Assembly: GCA_019309045.1 (NCBI GenBank)
Contig: JAFDGZ010000008.1
Coordinates: 309 to 64,308 of the forward strand
From: Deltaproteobacteria bacterium
GTDB taxonomy: Bacteria > Desulfobacterota > Syntrophobacteria > BM002
Length of the DNA: 64,000 bases
Reading direction: 5' to 3'
In this document: piece by piece, positions 46,938-55,738 of the stretch
How positions within the stretch are numbered: the stretch's first letter is position 1
How the letters are laid out: the number at the start of each line of letters is the position of its first letter
Program-made: the position numbers and the translations under genes
The notes under the pieces: generated by a model
What the model was told of the DNA's origin: nothing
Seen by the model: only the letters and a program-made list of their open reading frames with translations
Database searches by the model: none

Positions 46938-48191
46938 ATGAAGTCATTCCAAGTACCATTTATCGATTTCAAGGCACAGTACCGCCAGATCAAGAGAGAG
47001 CTCGAACAAGCTTTCCAGGAGGTCATGGATTCTCAACTGTTCATCCTCGGTCCGCAGGTTGCCCGGCTGGAGAGGGCCCTGGCCAAATACTGCGGCTGTC
47101 AATACGCGGTCGGCGTGTCCTCGGGCACAGATGCCCTGCTTATTTCCCTGATGACCGCTGGCATTGGCCTCGGCCATGGCGTGATCACTACACCATACAC
47201 CTTTGTGGCAACCGCCGGGGCAATCGCCCGTGTGGGGGCAAGACCGCTTTTTGTGGACATTGATCCGGTGAGCTACACCATTGATTCCGGGGCGGTGCAG
47301 AGGTTCTTCGACCAGGAGTGCCGCTGGCATTCTGCGGAAGGTCGCTTGCAGCACAAGCGGACAGCTACGTGGGTCCGAGGCATCATTCCTGTACACCTTT
47401 ACGGACAATGTGCCGACATGGAACCACTTCTGATTCTCGCCGGAGAGTATAACCTGGTTGTTATCGAAGACGCTGCGCAAGCAATCGGCGCCGGGTATCC
47501 GTTCGAGGAAAAATCTGGCTGGGCACGGTGCGGCTCACTGGGCGAATTTGGCTGCTTTTCCTTCTTCCCCACCAAAAATCTCGGAGGGGCTGGCGACAGC
47601 GGCCTGGTGACGACCAGTAATAGAAAGACAGCGGAGACTCTCGGGATACTGAGAGTGCACGGCGCCCAGGGAAAAAATTACCATGTGAAACTGGGCGGCA
47701 ACTTCCGCCTGGACACCTTACAGGCCGCTATACTGCTGGCCAAGCTTGGCCATCTCGATGAATGGACAGTTAAGAGAAGAGCTCATGCAAAATACTACGA
47801 GACCCTGTTCTTGCAAGCCGGCCTTCAGGATAAAGAGCGGCTTACTCTGCCTAGGGCGGTCTGGGAAGAAGGCCTTCAGAATATGGCTGAAACAGGCAAG
47901 GAGGAACCGGGCCCACCCTATTATGGACACGTGTACAACCAGTACGTCATACGGGCTCATCAACGGGACGAGCTCAGAAGATATCTGGCTGAACAGGGTG
48001 TAGGTACCGCAGTGTATTATCCTCTGCCCCTCCACCTGCAGCCTTGTTTTTCTGAACTTGGCTATGATGAGGGTGATTTTCCGGAGAGCGAGAAGGCAGC
48101 AAGGGAAACTCTTGCACTCCCTGTGTATCCGGAGCTCGAAAAAGCACAACTGGACTACGTGGCGGACAGGATCGCAGCTTTCTACGAATAA
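46938..48191 (+). CDS. DegT/DnrJ/EryC1/StrS aminotransferase
   Basis: SSGTDAL, PVHLYGQ, EDAAQAIGA, SFFPTKNLG, NFRLDTLQAA. Confidence 0.95.
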   Translation: MKSFQVPFIDFKAQYRQIKRELEQAFQEVMDSQLFILGPQVARLERALAKYCGCQYAVGVSSGTDALLISLMTAGIGLGHGVITTPYTFVATAGAIARVGARPLFVDIDPVSYTIDSGAVQRFFDQECRWHSAEGRLQHKRTATWVRGIIPVHLYGQCADMEPLLILAGEYNLVVIEDAAQAIGAGYPFEEKSGWARCGSLGEFGCFSFFPTKNLGGAGDSGLVTTSNRKTAETLGILRVHGAQGKNYHVKLGGNFRLDTLQAAILLAKLGHLDEWTVKRRAHAKYYETLFLQAGLQDKERLTLPRAVWEEGLQNMAETGKEEPGPPYYGHVYNQYVIRAHQRDELRRYLAEQGVGTAVYYPLPLHLQPCFSELGYDEGDFPESEKAARETLALPVYPELEKAQLDYVADRIAAFYE

Positions 48192-48228
48192 AAGGGGCGT
48201 CCCCATCACCATGCTGGACGCCCCTTTT
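48190..48228. terminator. Bidirectional intrinsic terminator
   Basis: AAAAGGGGCGTCC-N13-GGACGCCCCTTTT between the convergent DegT and tRNA genes. Confidence 0.85.
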
Positions 48229-48236
48229 CTATCCTG

Positions 48237-48330
48237 TGGCGGAGAGAGTGGGATTCGAACCCACGGTACAGCTTTCAACTGTACACTCGCTTAGCAGGCG
48301 AGCGCCTTCAGCCGACTCGGCCATCTCTCC
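48237..48330 (-). tRNA. tRNA-Ser(GCT)
   Basis: GGAGAGA...TCTCTCC-GCCA; anticodon arm CTCGC-CTGCTAA-GCGAG; long variable arm. Confidence 0.96.
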
Positions 48331-48353
48331 GGAAACTCTTATGTGACAGTGGC

Positions 48354-48446
48354 TGGCGGAGGGAGTAGGATTCGAACCCACGGTCCCGCTCATCACGGGA
48401 CAACGGTTTTCAAGACCGCCGCCTTAAACCACTCGGCCATCCCTCC
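48354..48446 (-). tRNA. tRNA-Ser(TGA)
   Basis: GGAGGGA...TCCCTCC-GCCA; anticodon arm GCGGT-CTTGAAA-ACCGT; long variable arm. Confidence 0.96.
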
Positions 48447-48597
48447 GGATGTTTCTTGCTATCATTTTCCCGGGAAAAAGTCAACTATTGCGCCTGATGC
48501 CTCCAGGAGAGATTCTGTTGATATACCAGTAAATTGTCAGTGCCTGGCAGCCAACAGCTGCCCGCAACAGTCCACTCGAGCAAACCTCCTTGGAGAT

Positions 48598-49560
48598 CTA
48601 TTCCTCCCACATATCAATTACTATCGTATAGGAAGTACAGCTGAAAGCGCCCGCCCACGGTTCCACAGCCACCCGGAAGTAGCGTGAATCATCCATGCCA
48701 CACATGCCGTCCCAGGTATAGATAATGACTTCTTCGTCGCATGCTGCCCCTTGCGAGGATTCTAAACTGCTGCACTGCTCGTCATACAGGTGGAGATCAT
48801 AGTCTCTGCAGTCAGCGCCCTGGGGGGGAGTCAAGCGAATTCGCACAGTTAAATCCTGGTCCATAAACGGTATGCAACCACTAGTCCCTTCTTCAGCTTC
48901 AAACCTGAAATAGTCCACGTCATCTTGCGGATAGATAGTCGCGGTCAAGGTGACCTCTCCATCCACCTCACGAATAGTTCCCAGATATGTAGTGTTTGCG
49001 CAAGTGTCATTGTATGAGGGGTCTAAGCATTGGGAACAGTCGGAGTCCTGTTCATCTTGCTTGCCGTCGCAGTCATTGTCGATGCCATCGTCACAGTCCT
49101 CAGAAGCCCCCGGATTGACGGCCGCCTCACTGTCGTTGCAGTCTCCATCCTGGGTAGACGTATAACCGCCCGAGGGGGCGCACAGACATCTGCCGCTGCC
49201 AGAAGTTCCATATCCGTCGTTGTCATTGTCCAGATAATACGTTGTGCAGCCAGTCGCACCCTCCTCGTCGATTTCTGCATCACAGTCATTGTCTTTGTCG
49301 TCGCAGCGCTCCTGGGCGCCAGGATAGACCTCCGGGTCACCGTCGTCACAGTCAACAGCAGCTTGGCCGCAGTTGTCCTGCTCGAAATAACCATCCTTGT
49401 CGGCATCGACACAAACCTGATCATCAGAATCCAGCAGTAGAGGAAAGATGATTTCAATCAGCGACGCCCCCCTGGCTTGAGAGAGTGTTTCCGGCATACC
49501 CACAAGAGACAAGCCAGACAACAAAAGGAAACCGACAATTACTGTTCTTCGCGTATACAC
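48598..49560 (-). CDS. Secreted Asp/Cys-rich protein with MopE-like putative metal-binding repeats and C-terminal beta-sandwich
   Basis: DCDDGDPEVYPGAQERCDDKDNDCD and DCNDSEAAVNPGASEDCDDGIDNDCD; DDVDYFRF, DYDLHLYD; GTG start after GGAGG. Confidence 0.8.
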   Translation of the reverse strand: MYTRRTVIVGFLLLSGLSLVGMPETLSQARGASLIEIIFPLLLDSDDQVCVDADKDGYFEQDNCGQAAVDCDDGDPEVYPGAQERCDDKDNDCDAEIDEEGATGCTTYYLDNDNDGYGTSGSGRCLCAPSGGYTSTQDGDCNDSEAAVNPGASEDCDDGIDNDCDGKQDEQDSDCSQCLDPSYNDTCANTTYLGTIREVDGEVTLTATIYPQDDVDYFRFEAEEGTSGCIPFMDQDLTVRIRLTPPQGADCRDYDLHLYDEQCSSLESSQGAACDEEVIIYTWDGMCGMDDSRYFRVAVEPWAGAFSCTSYTIVIDMWEE

Positions 49561-49764
49561 CCCAACCTCCTTTCCGACGCCGCATATCGAAATAAGACAT
49601 TTTATCCCTTGGTAGTTTTGCACCGCTTCACTGAGATGCTCAGACAAAGCAAATTTTGGGCCATCTCACCGGAGTGACAGGCATTATTTTAACTATTCCC
49701 GTTCTATCGAATTTATGCTACTAGAGAAAAATATTTGCAAAAGTCTGCGTATCGGGGGACTGCA

Positions 49765-50268
49765 ATGAACGACTTGATCGAGGTCATCAAGAGGCGTCGG
49801 AGCATCCGAAGATTTTCCTCTGAGCCGATCCCTGTAGAGATAATCAGTGACATATTGGACTGCGCCCGGTTGGCGCCCACGGCGATCAACATTCAACCCT
49901 GGCTCTTCGGGGCAGTCACCGACCCGGAGCTCAAACAACAGATTGCCCAGCTGGCTGACTATGGCAAGTTCATCAAGGATTGCGCCGTGTGCTTTGCAGT
50001 ATTTGCTGATTCTACCCAGAAATATTTCCTGGAGGACGGCTCTGCTGCCACGGAAAACATCCTGCTGGCCTGCACTGCTCACGGCATAGGCAGCTGCTGG
50101 GTGGCAGGACACAAAAAAGAGTACGCCGAAGCCGTCCGCAAGCTTCTCAATGTTCCGCAACCTTACACCCTGATCGCCCTGGTAGCGGCGGGTTATTCAG
50201 ATGAAAGACCCGCACCCAGAAAGAAAGCTCTTGATGAAGTGACCTTTTTCAACAGGTTTCAAGGATAA
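49765..50268 (+). CDS. Nitroreductase family protein
   Basis: RRSIRRF, APTAINIQPW, GIGSCWV. Confidence 0.93.
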   Translation: MNDLIEVIKRRRSIRRFSSEPIPVEIISDILDCARLAPTAINIQPWLFGAVTDPELKQQIAQLADYGKFIKDCAVCFAVFADSTQKYFLEDGSAATENILLACTAHGIGSCWVAGHKKEYAEAVRKLLNVPQPYTLIALVAAGYSDERPAPRKKALDEVTFFNRFQG

Positions 50269-50375
50269 TGAATGGCCAGCCTCCAGGAGTGGCTCCCAGG
50301 TTGGCTAGAACCAGGCAACTACAGCCAGGCCATTGCACGGCACAACAGCAAAATTTGCCAGCGTGATATCCGGGG

Positions 50376-50960
50376 GTGCTTGTGAAGGTACTGTCTCTCT
50401 TTGGCGGTCCGCGGCAGAAAGGTAACACAGCCACGGTTCTCAGTTGGGTGGAGGAGGCCTTGCAGACTCGGGGACACAGGGTCCAACGGATCAATGTCAT
50501 TGACAAGAAAGTGGCAGGCTGTCTCGGCTGCAGCAACTGTCAGCAAGTCGCAGATGAACCCGGCTGTGTGCAAAGAGATGACGCCTTGTTCATCTTTGAA
50601 CAGATGGTTGCCTCCGATCTTATCCTCTATTCCTGCCCTCTCTACTGCTGGAGTTTTCCTGGCCAGCTAAAAGTCCTCCTCGACCGCCACTTCTGTCTGG
50701 TAACGGGCTATGACGTGGGAGAACCAGAATCCCTGATCCAGGAGCACCGCACTGCACTCCTGGTGACCTGCGCCGGTCCACTGGAAAACAATGCGGATCT
50801 CATCGTCGAGATGTTCCACCGCTTTGCAGCCTATCTTCTGGCCAGACCCGTGGGCGAACTGATTGTGCCCTTTTGCACCTCGCCCGAGGCCCTGGGTGAA
50901 GAGAGCCGTGCACAGGTCTCCGCCTTCGCTGCCAAGATCTGCAGCACAGAGGCCCTCTGA
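50376..50960 (+). CDS. Flavodoxin-fold iron-sulfur flavoprotein-like protein
   Basis: GGPRQKGNT, CLGCSNC...C, PLYCWSFPGQLKVLLDR. Confidence 0.88.
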   Translation: MLVKVLSLFGGPRQKGNTATVLSWVEEALQTRGHRVQRINVIDKKVAGCLGCSNCQQVADEPGCVQRDDALFIFEQMVASDLILYSCPLYCWSFPGQLKVLLDRHFCLVTGYDVGEPESLIQEHRTALLVTCAGPLENNADLIVEMFHRFAAYLLARPVGELIVPFCTSPEALGEESRAQVSAFAAKICSTEAL

Positions 50961-50984
50961 AGCTGGCTGCTGCGCAGGCCTGCA

Positions 50985-52979
50985 CTAGTCAGCGGTTTCT
51001 CTTTGTTTTTGCTCCCAGAAAAATTCCTCCAGGGCCTCCAGTTCGAGAGCCGTTTTCTCCCACTGTTCATTCCATTTCTCCAGGTTGCCTTTCAAGTGCT
51101 GATATTCCCGGCTCAGTTCCTGCACACTGCCACCGTTGTGGTATGTCTCCGGCGCGGCCAGCAGAGTGCTCAATTCTTCCAGCCGCAAGGCCGCAGCATC
51201 GATCTGCTTCTCGATATCATCCAGCTTCTGGGTCAGAGGCGCCTTCAAACGGTAGAGTTCATTGCGCCAGTTGGCTTCCAGCTGTTTTCTCTTTTTGCTT
51301 TTCTTCTGAGCGCTGGCATCCTGGACTCTCGTGGGGCGAGACTCCATAGCACTTTGAGCAGGCTGAAGACGCTTCTTCCATATCTCTTCATAGTCATCGA
51401 AGTTGCCGGGAAAAGTCTCAACCCTGCCGTGGTTGACCACCATGATTTTATTGGCTACAGCATTGATGAAGCGGCGGTCGTGGCTCACGAAGCAGATGCT
51501 GCCAGAATACCCCTGGAGCGCCTGTTCAAGAACGCGTCGGCCATTGATGTCGAGATGGTTGGTGGGTTCGTCGAGAATGAGCAGATTCGTCTGCTGCGCC
51601 AGGAGGTGACACAACAGGAGGCGGCTCCTTTCGCCGCCGCTCAACACAGCCACCCGTTTTTCCACATCGTGGCCGCGGAAGAGAAAGGCTCCCAGCAGGC
51701 TGCGCAACTGGCCGTGTGCCATATCACCGGCTACAGAGCTCAATGATTCCAGAACAGTATGCTGCGGATTGAGCAGCTCCAGCTGCTGCTGGGCAAAATA
51801 GCCAATGACCACACCACGAGAGAGGTGCACCTGGCCACTCTCTGGAGCCAGAACTCCCGCCATCAGCCTGAGCAGAGTAGTCTTGCCGGCGCCGTTCGGG
51901 CCGATGAGGGCAAAGCGGTCCCCCCGCTGCACAGCAACATTGAGATGGCGATACACCACCACCTCGCCATAGCTCTTGCAAATATCCCGCAGTTCCAACA
52001 GGACGCGCGGTGCCCGCGGTGGCGGAGGAAAACGAAAACTGAACTCCAGGGGAGACGAAGGCGGTTGAATCCTTTCCATTTTATCAAGCGTCTTCAGGCG
52101 CGCCTGCACCTGCCGGGCTCTATCTTTGCGAGCCCGGTTGCGATCGATGAATCTGTTGATCTGACGAATCTGCTCCTGCTGCTGGCGATAGGCGGCCCAT
52201 TGCGCCTGCAGGTGTTTCTCTTTTTCCTCCAGATAGCGCTGGTAATTGCCCGGATAACTTGTTACCTGGCCATTTTCCACCTCAAGGAGCCGCTGACTGA
52301 TGCGGTCCAGGAAGGCCCGATCGTGAGATATTACCATGAGCGTCGAGGGGATGGTGCGCAGATACTCCTCCAGCCAGAGAAGGGAGTCGAGATCCAGATG
52401 ATTGGTTGGTTCATCCAGCAGCAGCACATCAGGTTCTGAAAGCAGGAGTCTGGCCAGGGCTACCCGCATGGCCCAGCCGCCGCTCATCTCCTCCACCGGC
52501 CGAGTCATATCCTGCTGTGAAAAGCCGAGGCCTGCCAGCACTCGCCGTGCTGTCGACTCGAGCTGGTAGCCGCCTAGGAGATGGTATTCTTCCAGCAGGC
52601 GGCTCTGTCTGGCGGCAGCAGCCATGGACTCCTGCTCAGAAAGCGGCCCGGCGAGCTTAACGGCCAGTTGAGCAAGCTCCTTTTCTATGGCCAGAACATC
52701 GCCGGCCACGTCCATAACCTGCTCGAGCACCGTCTTGCCGGTGAACTGGAGGACATCCTGGGGAAGATACCCGAAGCGCAGGTTCTTGGGCACTGAAATC
52801 TGCCCCTGGTCAGGGTGATCAAGGCCGAGGAGAAGCCTGAAAATGGTGCTCTTGCCGGAACCGTTAACTCCAATGATGCCCAGGCGTTCGCCCTGACTCA
52901 AGTGAAAAGAACAGTCCAGCAGTACATCGTGCTTGCCATAGGACTTTCTTACATTGCGGAATGAGATCATCTTGTTCAA
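50985..52979 (-). CDS. ABC-F family ATPase
   Basis: Two ABC domains (GVNGSGKS, GPNGAGKT, DEPTNHLD twice), no TM segments, C-terminal coiled coil. Confidence 0.95.
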   Translation of the reverse strand: MNKMISFRNVRKSYGKHDVLLDCSFHLSQGERLGIIGVNGSGKSTIFRLLLGLDHPDQGQISVPKNLRFGYLPQDVLQFTGKTVLEQVMDVAGDVLAIEKELAQLAVKLAGPLSEQESMAAAARQSRLLEEYHLLGGYQLESTARRVLAGLGFSQQDMTRPVEEMSGGWAMRVALARLLLSEPDVLLLDEPTNHLDLDSLLWLEEYLRTIPSTLMVISHDRAFLDRISQRLLEVENGQVTSYPGNYQRYLEEKEKHLQAQWAAYRQQQEQIRQINRFIDRNRARKDRARQVQARLKTLDKMERIQPPSSPLEFSFRFPPPPRAPRVLLELRDICKSYGEVVVYRHLNVAVQRGDRFALIGPNGAGKTTLLRLMAGVLAPESGQVHLSRGVVIGYFAQQQLELLNPQHTVLESLSSVAGDMAHGQLRSLLGAFLFRGHDVEKRVAVLSGGERSRLLLCHLLAQQTNLLILDEPTNHLDINGRRVLEQALQGYSGSICFVSHDRRFINAVANKIMVVNHGRVETFPGNFDDYEEIWKKRLQPAQSAMESRPTRVQDASAQKKSKKRKQLEANWRNELYRLKAPLTQKLDDIEKQIDAAALRLEELSTLLAAPETYHNGGSVQELSREYQHLKGNLEKWNEQWEKTALELEALEEFFWEQKQRETAD

Positions 52980-53024
52980 GCTGGCGAGAAAAGGAGCAGC
53001 TTCTCCTCCAGATGCCCATGTTCG

Positions 53025-54227
53025 TTAGGCAGAGCAGGCTGCAGAAGGATCGGCAAAGTATTTTTCCAGAAGCCGCAGGTAGAGCTCCACACCCAGGCCG
53101 AGTACATCCTCGTCCAGATCAAAACGGCAGGTATGGAGCATCTGCCTGATGCCTTTTTCCTCATTGGCACATCCAAGATCAAAGCCAGCGCCAGGAGCAC
53201 AGCTCAGGAAATAGCCGAAGTCCTCACTGCCAAATTTTGGCCTCCGGTAGCGCACCCTTTCTTGTCCCACCATTTCTGCAGCCACCCGGGCTATGAAGCT
53301 GCTCACTTCCTGGTGATTGGTCATGGGAGGATAGCCATCACCCCAGGAGATTTCAGCGCCAAGGGAGTGGGCCTGACACACCCCCTGGACCACCTGTTCG
53401 AGTCTCTGCAGGGCCCATTGGCGAATTTCTGGACTGAGCGCCCGGATGGTGCCGGCAAGGTACATCTCGTCAGGGATTACATTGGTGGCCGTACCTGCCC
53501 GCACTTGCGTCACGCTCAACACCAGCCCTTCACCCGGGTCAGTGTTGCGGCTGACGAGAGTCTGCAGTCCGCTTATGATCTGGGCGCCCGCAGGCACTGG
53601 ATCCAGGCTGAGGTGTGGATATGCTGCATGAGCGCCTTTACCGACAATTCGCACCTCGAAAGAGTCCGCCGAAGCGCATGCCTCCCTCAGGTAGATACCT
53701 ACTGTACCGACAGGCAGCAGGGGCGCCACGTGGGCGGCCACAATGACATCCACCCTTGGGTTTTCCATGGCACCCGCTGAAATCATCTGCCTGGCGCCAT
53801 GGCCGCCTTCCTCACCGGGCTGAAAAATCAATTTTACCTTGCCTTTGAGCCGCTCGCGCAACTCAGCAGACTCCGACAGCAGCCGTGCTACCCCCAGCAC
53901 CATGGCCATGTGGGCATCATGGCCGCAGGCATGCATAACCCCGGGATGGCGCGAGCTGAAGGGAAGCTCATTCTCTTCCTGAATGGGCAGAGCGTCCATA
54001 TCAGCGCGAAGAGCAAAGGTCCGGCCTTCTGGCTGGTTGCCGCGGTACAGCCCCACCACACCTGTACCGCCAACGCCTGTCTTCACCTCGAGCCCAAAAC
54101 CTTCCAGGTACTCTGCCACCTTTGCCGCAGTGCGCTTCTCCTGGAAGCGAAGCTCGGGATACATGTGAAAGTCACGGCGAATGTCTTGCAGCCATTGCTC
54201 TATTTCCTTTACAGCACCACGCAGCAC
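53025..54227 (-). CDS. M20D amidohydrolase
   Basis: RADMDALP, MHACGHDAH, FQPGEEG, SEDF. Confidence 0.95.
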   Translation of the reverse strand: MLRGAVKEIEQWLQDIRRDFHMYPELRFQEKRTAAKVAEYLEGFGLEVKTGVGGTGVVGLYRGNQPEGRTFALRADMDALPIQEENELPFSSRHPGVMHACGHDAHMAMVLGVARLLSESAELRERLKGKVKLIFQPGEEGGHGARQMISAGAMENPRVDVIVAAHVAPLLPVGTVGIYLREACASADSFEVRIVGKGAHAAYPHLSLDPVPAGAQIISGLQTLVSRNTDPGEGLVLSVTQVRAGTATNVIPDEMYLAGTIRALSPEIRQWALQRLEQVVQGVCQAHSLGAEISWGDGYPPMTNHQEVSSFIARVAAEMVGQERVRYRRPKFGSEDFGYFLSCAPGAGFDLGCANEEKGIRQMLHTCRFDLDEDVLGLGVELYLRLLEKYFADPSAACSA

Positions 54228-54298
54228 TGCAGCCCCCTCTCCTGTAAAAGCGTCCAGGACCAGAATCTTCCTCTTTATCTGCCGCCATTTCGCTCTCC

Positions 54299-54703
54299 TC
54301 AGGCCTGTTCCTCGAGAGCGGCCAGCAGTCTGAGTACTGCTGCTCTGCCGGTAGGGTGCTTAGGGAAGTGCTGTCGGCGGTAGTGATCGCATACAGGTTT
54401 TTCCACATACAGGCCCTCCGGCTCTCCAGTCCTGCCCATATCCATGATGCGGCTGCTCTTGTAAGTGCGAAACACCAGATAGTCGTAAATGGAAGCCTCA
54501 AAGGCGAGCCCCTGGATGTCGTCGGCCACGGCGAAAACAGAAGCCGGCAGGATCTCGTCTACCCCCACTTCCTTCTTGCCCAGGGTGATCCGCTCACCAT
54601 CAATGGCGGTGATAGTGCCTTTCTGATAGAAATGGCCCACCTTCCGCCATACCACATCGCCCACCTTGAAATATATCTCTTGTTGAGGTACATCATTTTC
54701 CAT
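54299..54703 (-). CDS. Hypothetical protein with SH3/KOW-like N-terminus
   Basis: FKVGDVVW...KGTITAIDGE; AAGGA RBS. Confidence 0.65.
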   Translation of the reverse strand: MENDVPQQEIYFKVGDVVWRKVGHFYQKGTITAIDGERITLGKKEVGVDEILPASVFAVADDIQGLAFEASIYDYLVFRTYKSSRIMDMGRTGEPEGLYVEKPVCDHYRRQHFPKHPTGRAAVLRLLAALEEQA

Positions 54704-55093
54704 GGCCGTGCATCCTTTCCACCCCTGCCTGTGTGGTGAACCTTGTTCGAGCAATCCAGCATTACGGGTGTCAGCCCAACCTCTGGCGCCGTCCCTGAAG
54801 GGGAGGAGCTCTGTTGCTGGAGCAACCATAATATATTGAAATTATAATCTATTTAATTATGTTTGTCCGGCGGCCCCATCAGATTGAAGAAAACTCCAAT
54901 ATGTCTTTCCTGCAAACCGTTCATTTTGTCCGCAACATTCTCTGCCATTCAGCCGCTTTTTATGAACGAGGCACAATGTATAACATAAATCCGCCTGGAG
55001 CAAAACAACCCCTGCCTGTTCCTCTATGAGTGCGGCTCGCTTAGAATAGCTGAAGAGATGTGGCCCGACAAGGTGGGCACCGCCCCTGCAGGG

Positions 55094-55122
55094 TTGACAA
55101 GTAGCGGGGGCAGCTCTAATTT
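55094..55122 (+). promoter_or_regulatory. Putative sigma70 promoter
   Basis: TTGACA-N17-TAATTT; a second extended -10 (TGCTATAAT) lies at 55240-55248. Confidence 0.5.
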
Positions 55123-55267
55123 TCTTATAGATAGCCACAGTTGCCCCGAGCTCCGGCCCTACAAGGAAGCAGTACTGATGACTCCCTCAGGAGAGTTGAC
55201 CATGGGGGCAAGACTCTGGGGCGCAGGGTTACGGCTGGATGCTATAATGATTGCTTGGGGGTGTGCC

Positions 55268-55657
55268 ATGAGCAAATGTGCAGAATGCGGTGCTGCTGTT
55301 GCAGAAGATGAAACATATGAACACCTGGGGAGAATCCTCTGTGAGGATTGCTACCTGGATGCCCTGAATCCACCCAGGGCATGTGATCCCTGGGCAGTTC
55401 ATACTGCCAAGAGCAGCATCCGACAGGGGATGCAGCTCACGCCGACGCAGCAGAGCATCCTCAACATGCTGAAAGAATCAGGGCCCCTTACTGCCGCAGA
55501 GCTGATGCGAAGGCTCCACCTCGGTGAAAACGACTTCAAGACTGCCTTTGCCACTTTGCGTCATATGGAGCTTGCTCGGGCCTTCAAGCAAGGCGAGCAG
55601 ATCTATTACACTGTCTTCGACTCGAAGAGCAGCAAGGCTGGCGCCGATGCTCAATAA
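55268..55657 (+). CDS. Zinc-finger plus winged-helix hypothetical protein
   Basis: CAECG...LCEDCY...CDPWAVH followed by an HTH-like region. Confidence 0.75.
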   Translation: MSKCAECGAAVAEDETYEHLGRILCEDCYLDALNPPRACDPWAVHTAKSSIRQGMQLTPTQQSILNMLKESGPLTAAELMRRLHLGENDFKTAFATLRHMELARAFKQGEQIYYTVFDSKSSKAGADAQ

Positions 55658-55738
55658 AATATGCCTGAGCCTGCCTTGCTGCAAGGTGCCGTTGGCTGTC
55701 CCAGGGCAAGCTCCCTGGCTGCCCAGGGACCAGCCGCT

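Noticed and set aside
48354-48446. tRNA-Sec
   Set aside because: The anticodon is TGA (reads UCA, Ser), not TCA, and the acceptor stem is a normal 7 bp.
55140-55215. SRP RNA or fluoride riboswitch
   Set aside because: AAGGAAGCAG lacks the CAGG-GNRA partner and symmetric long stem; CTGATGACTCC lacks the 5' GGCGATGGAGT pseudoknot partner. Kept only as an unassigned candidate.
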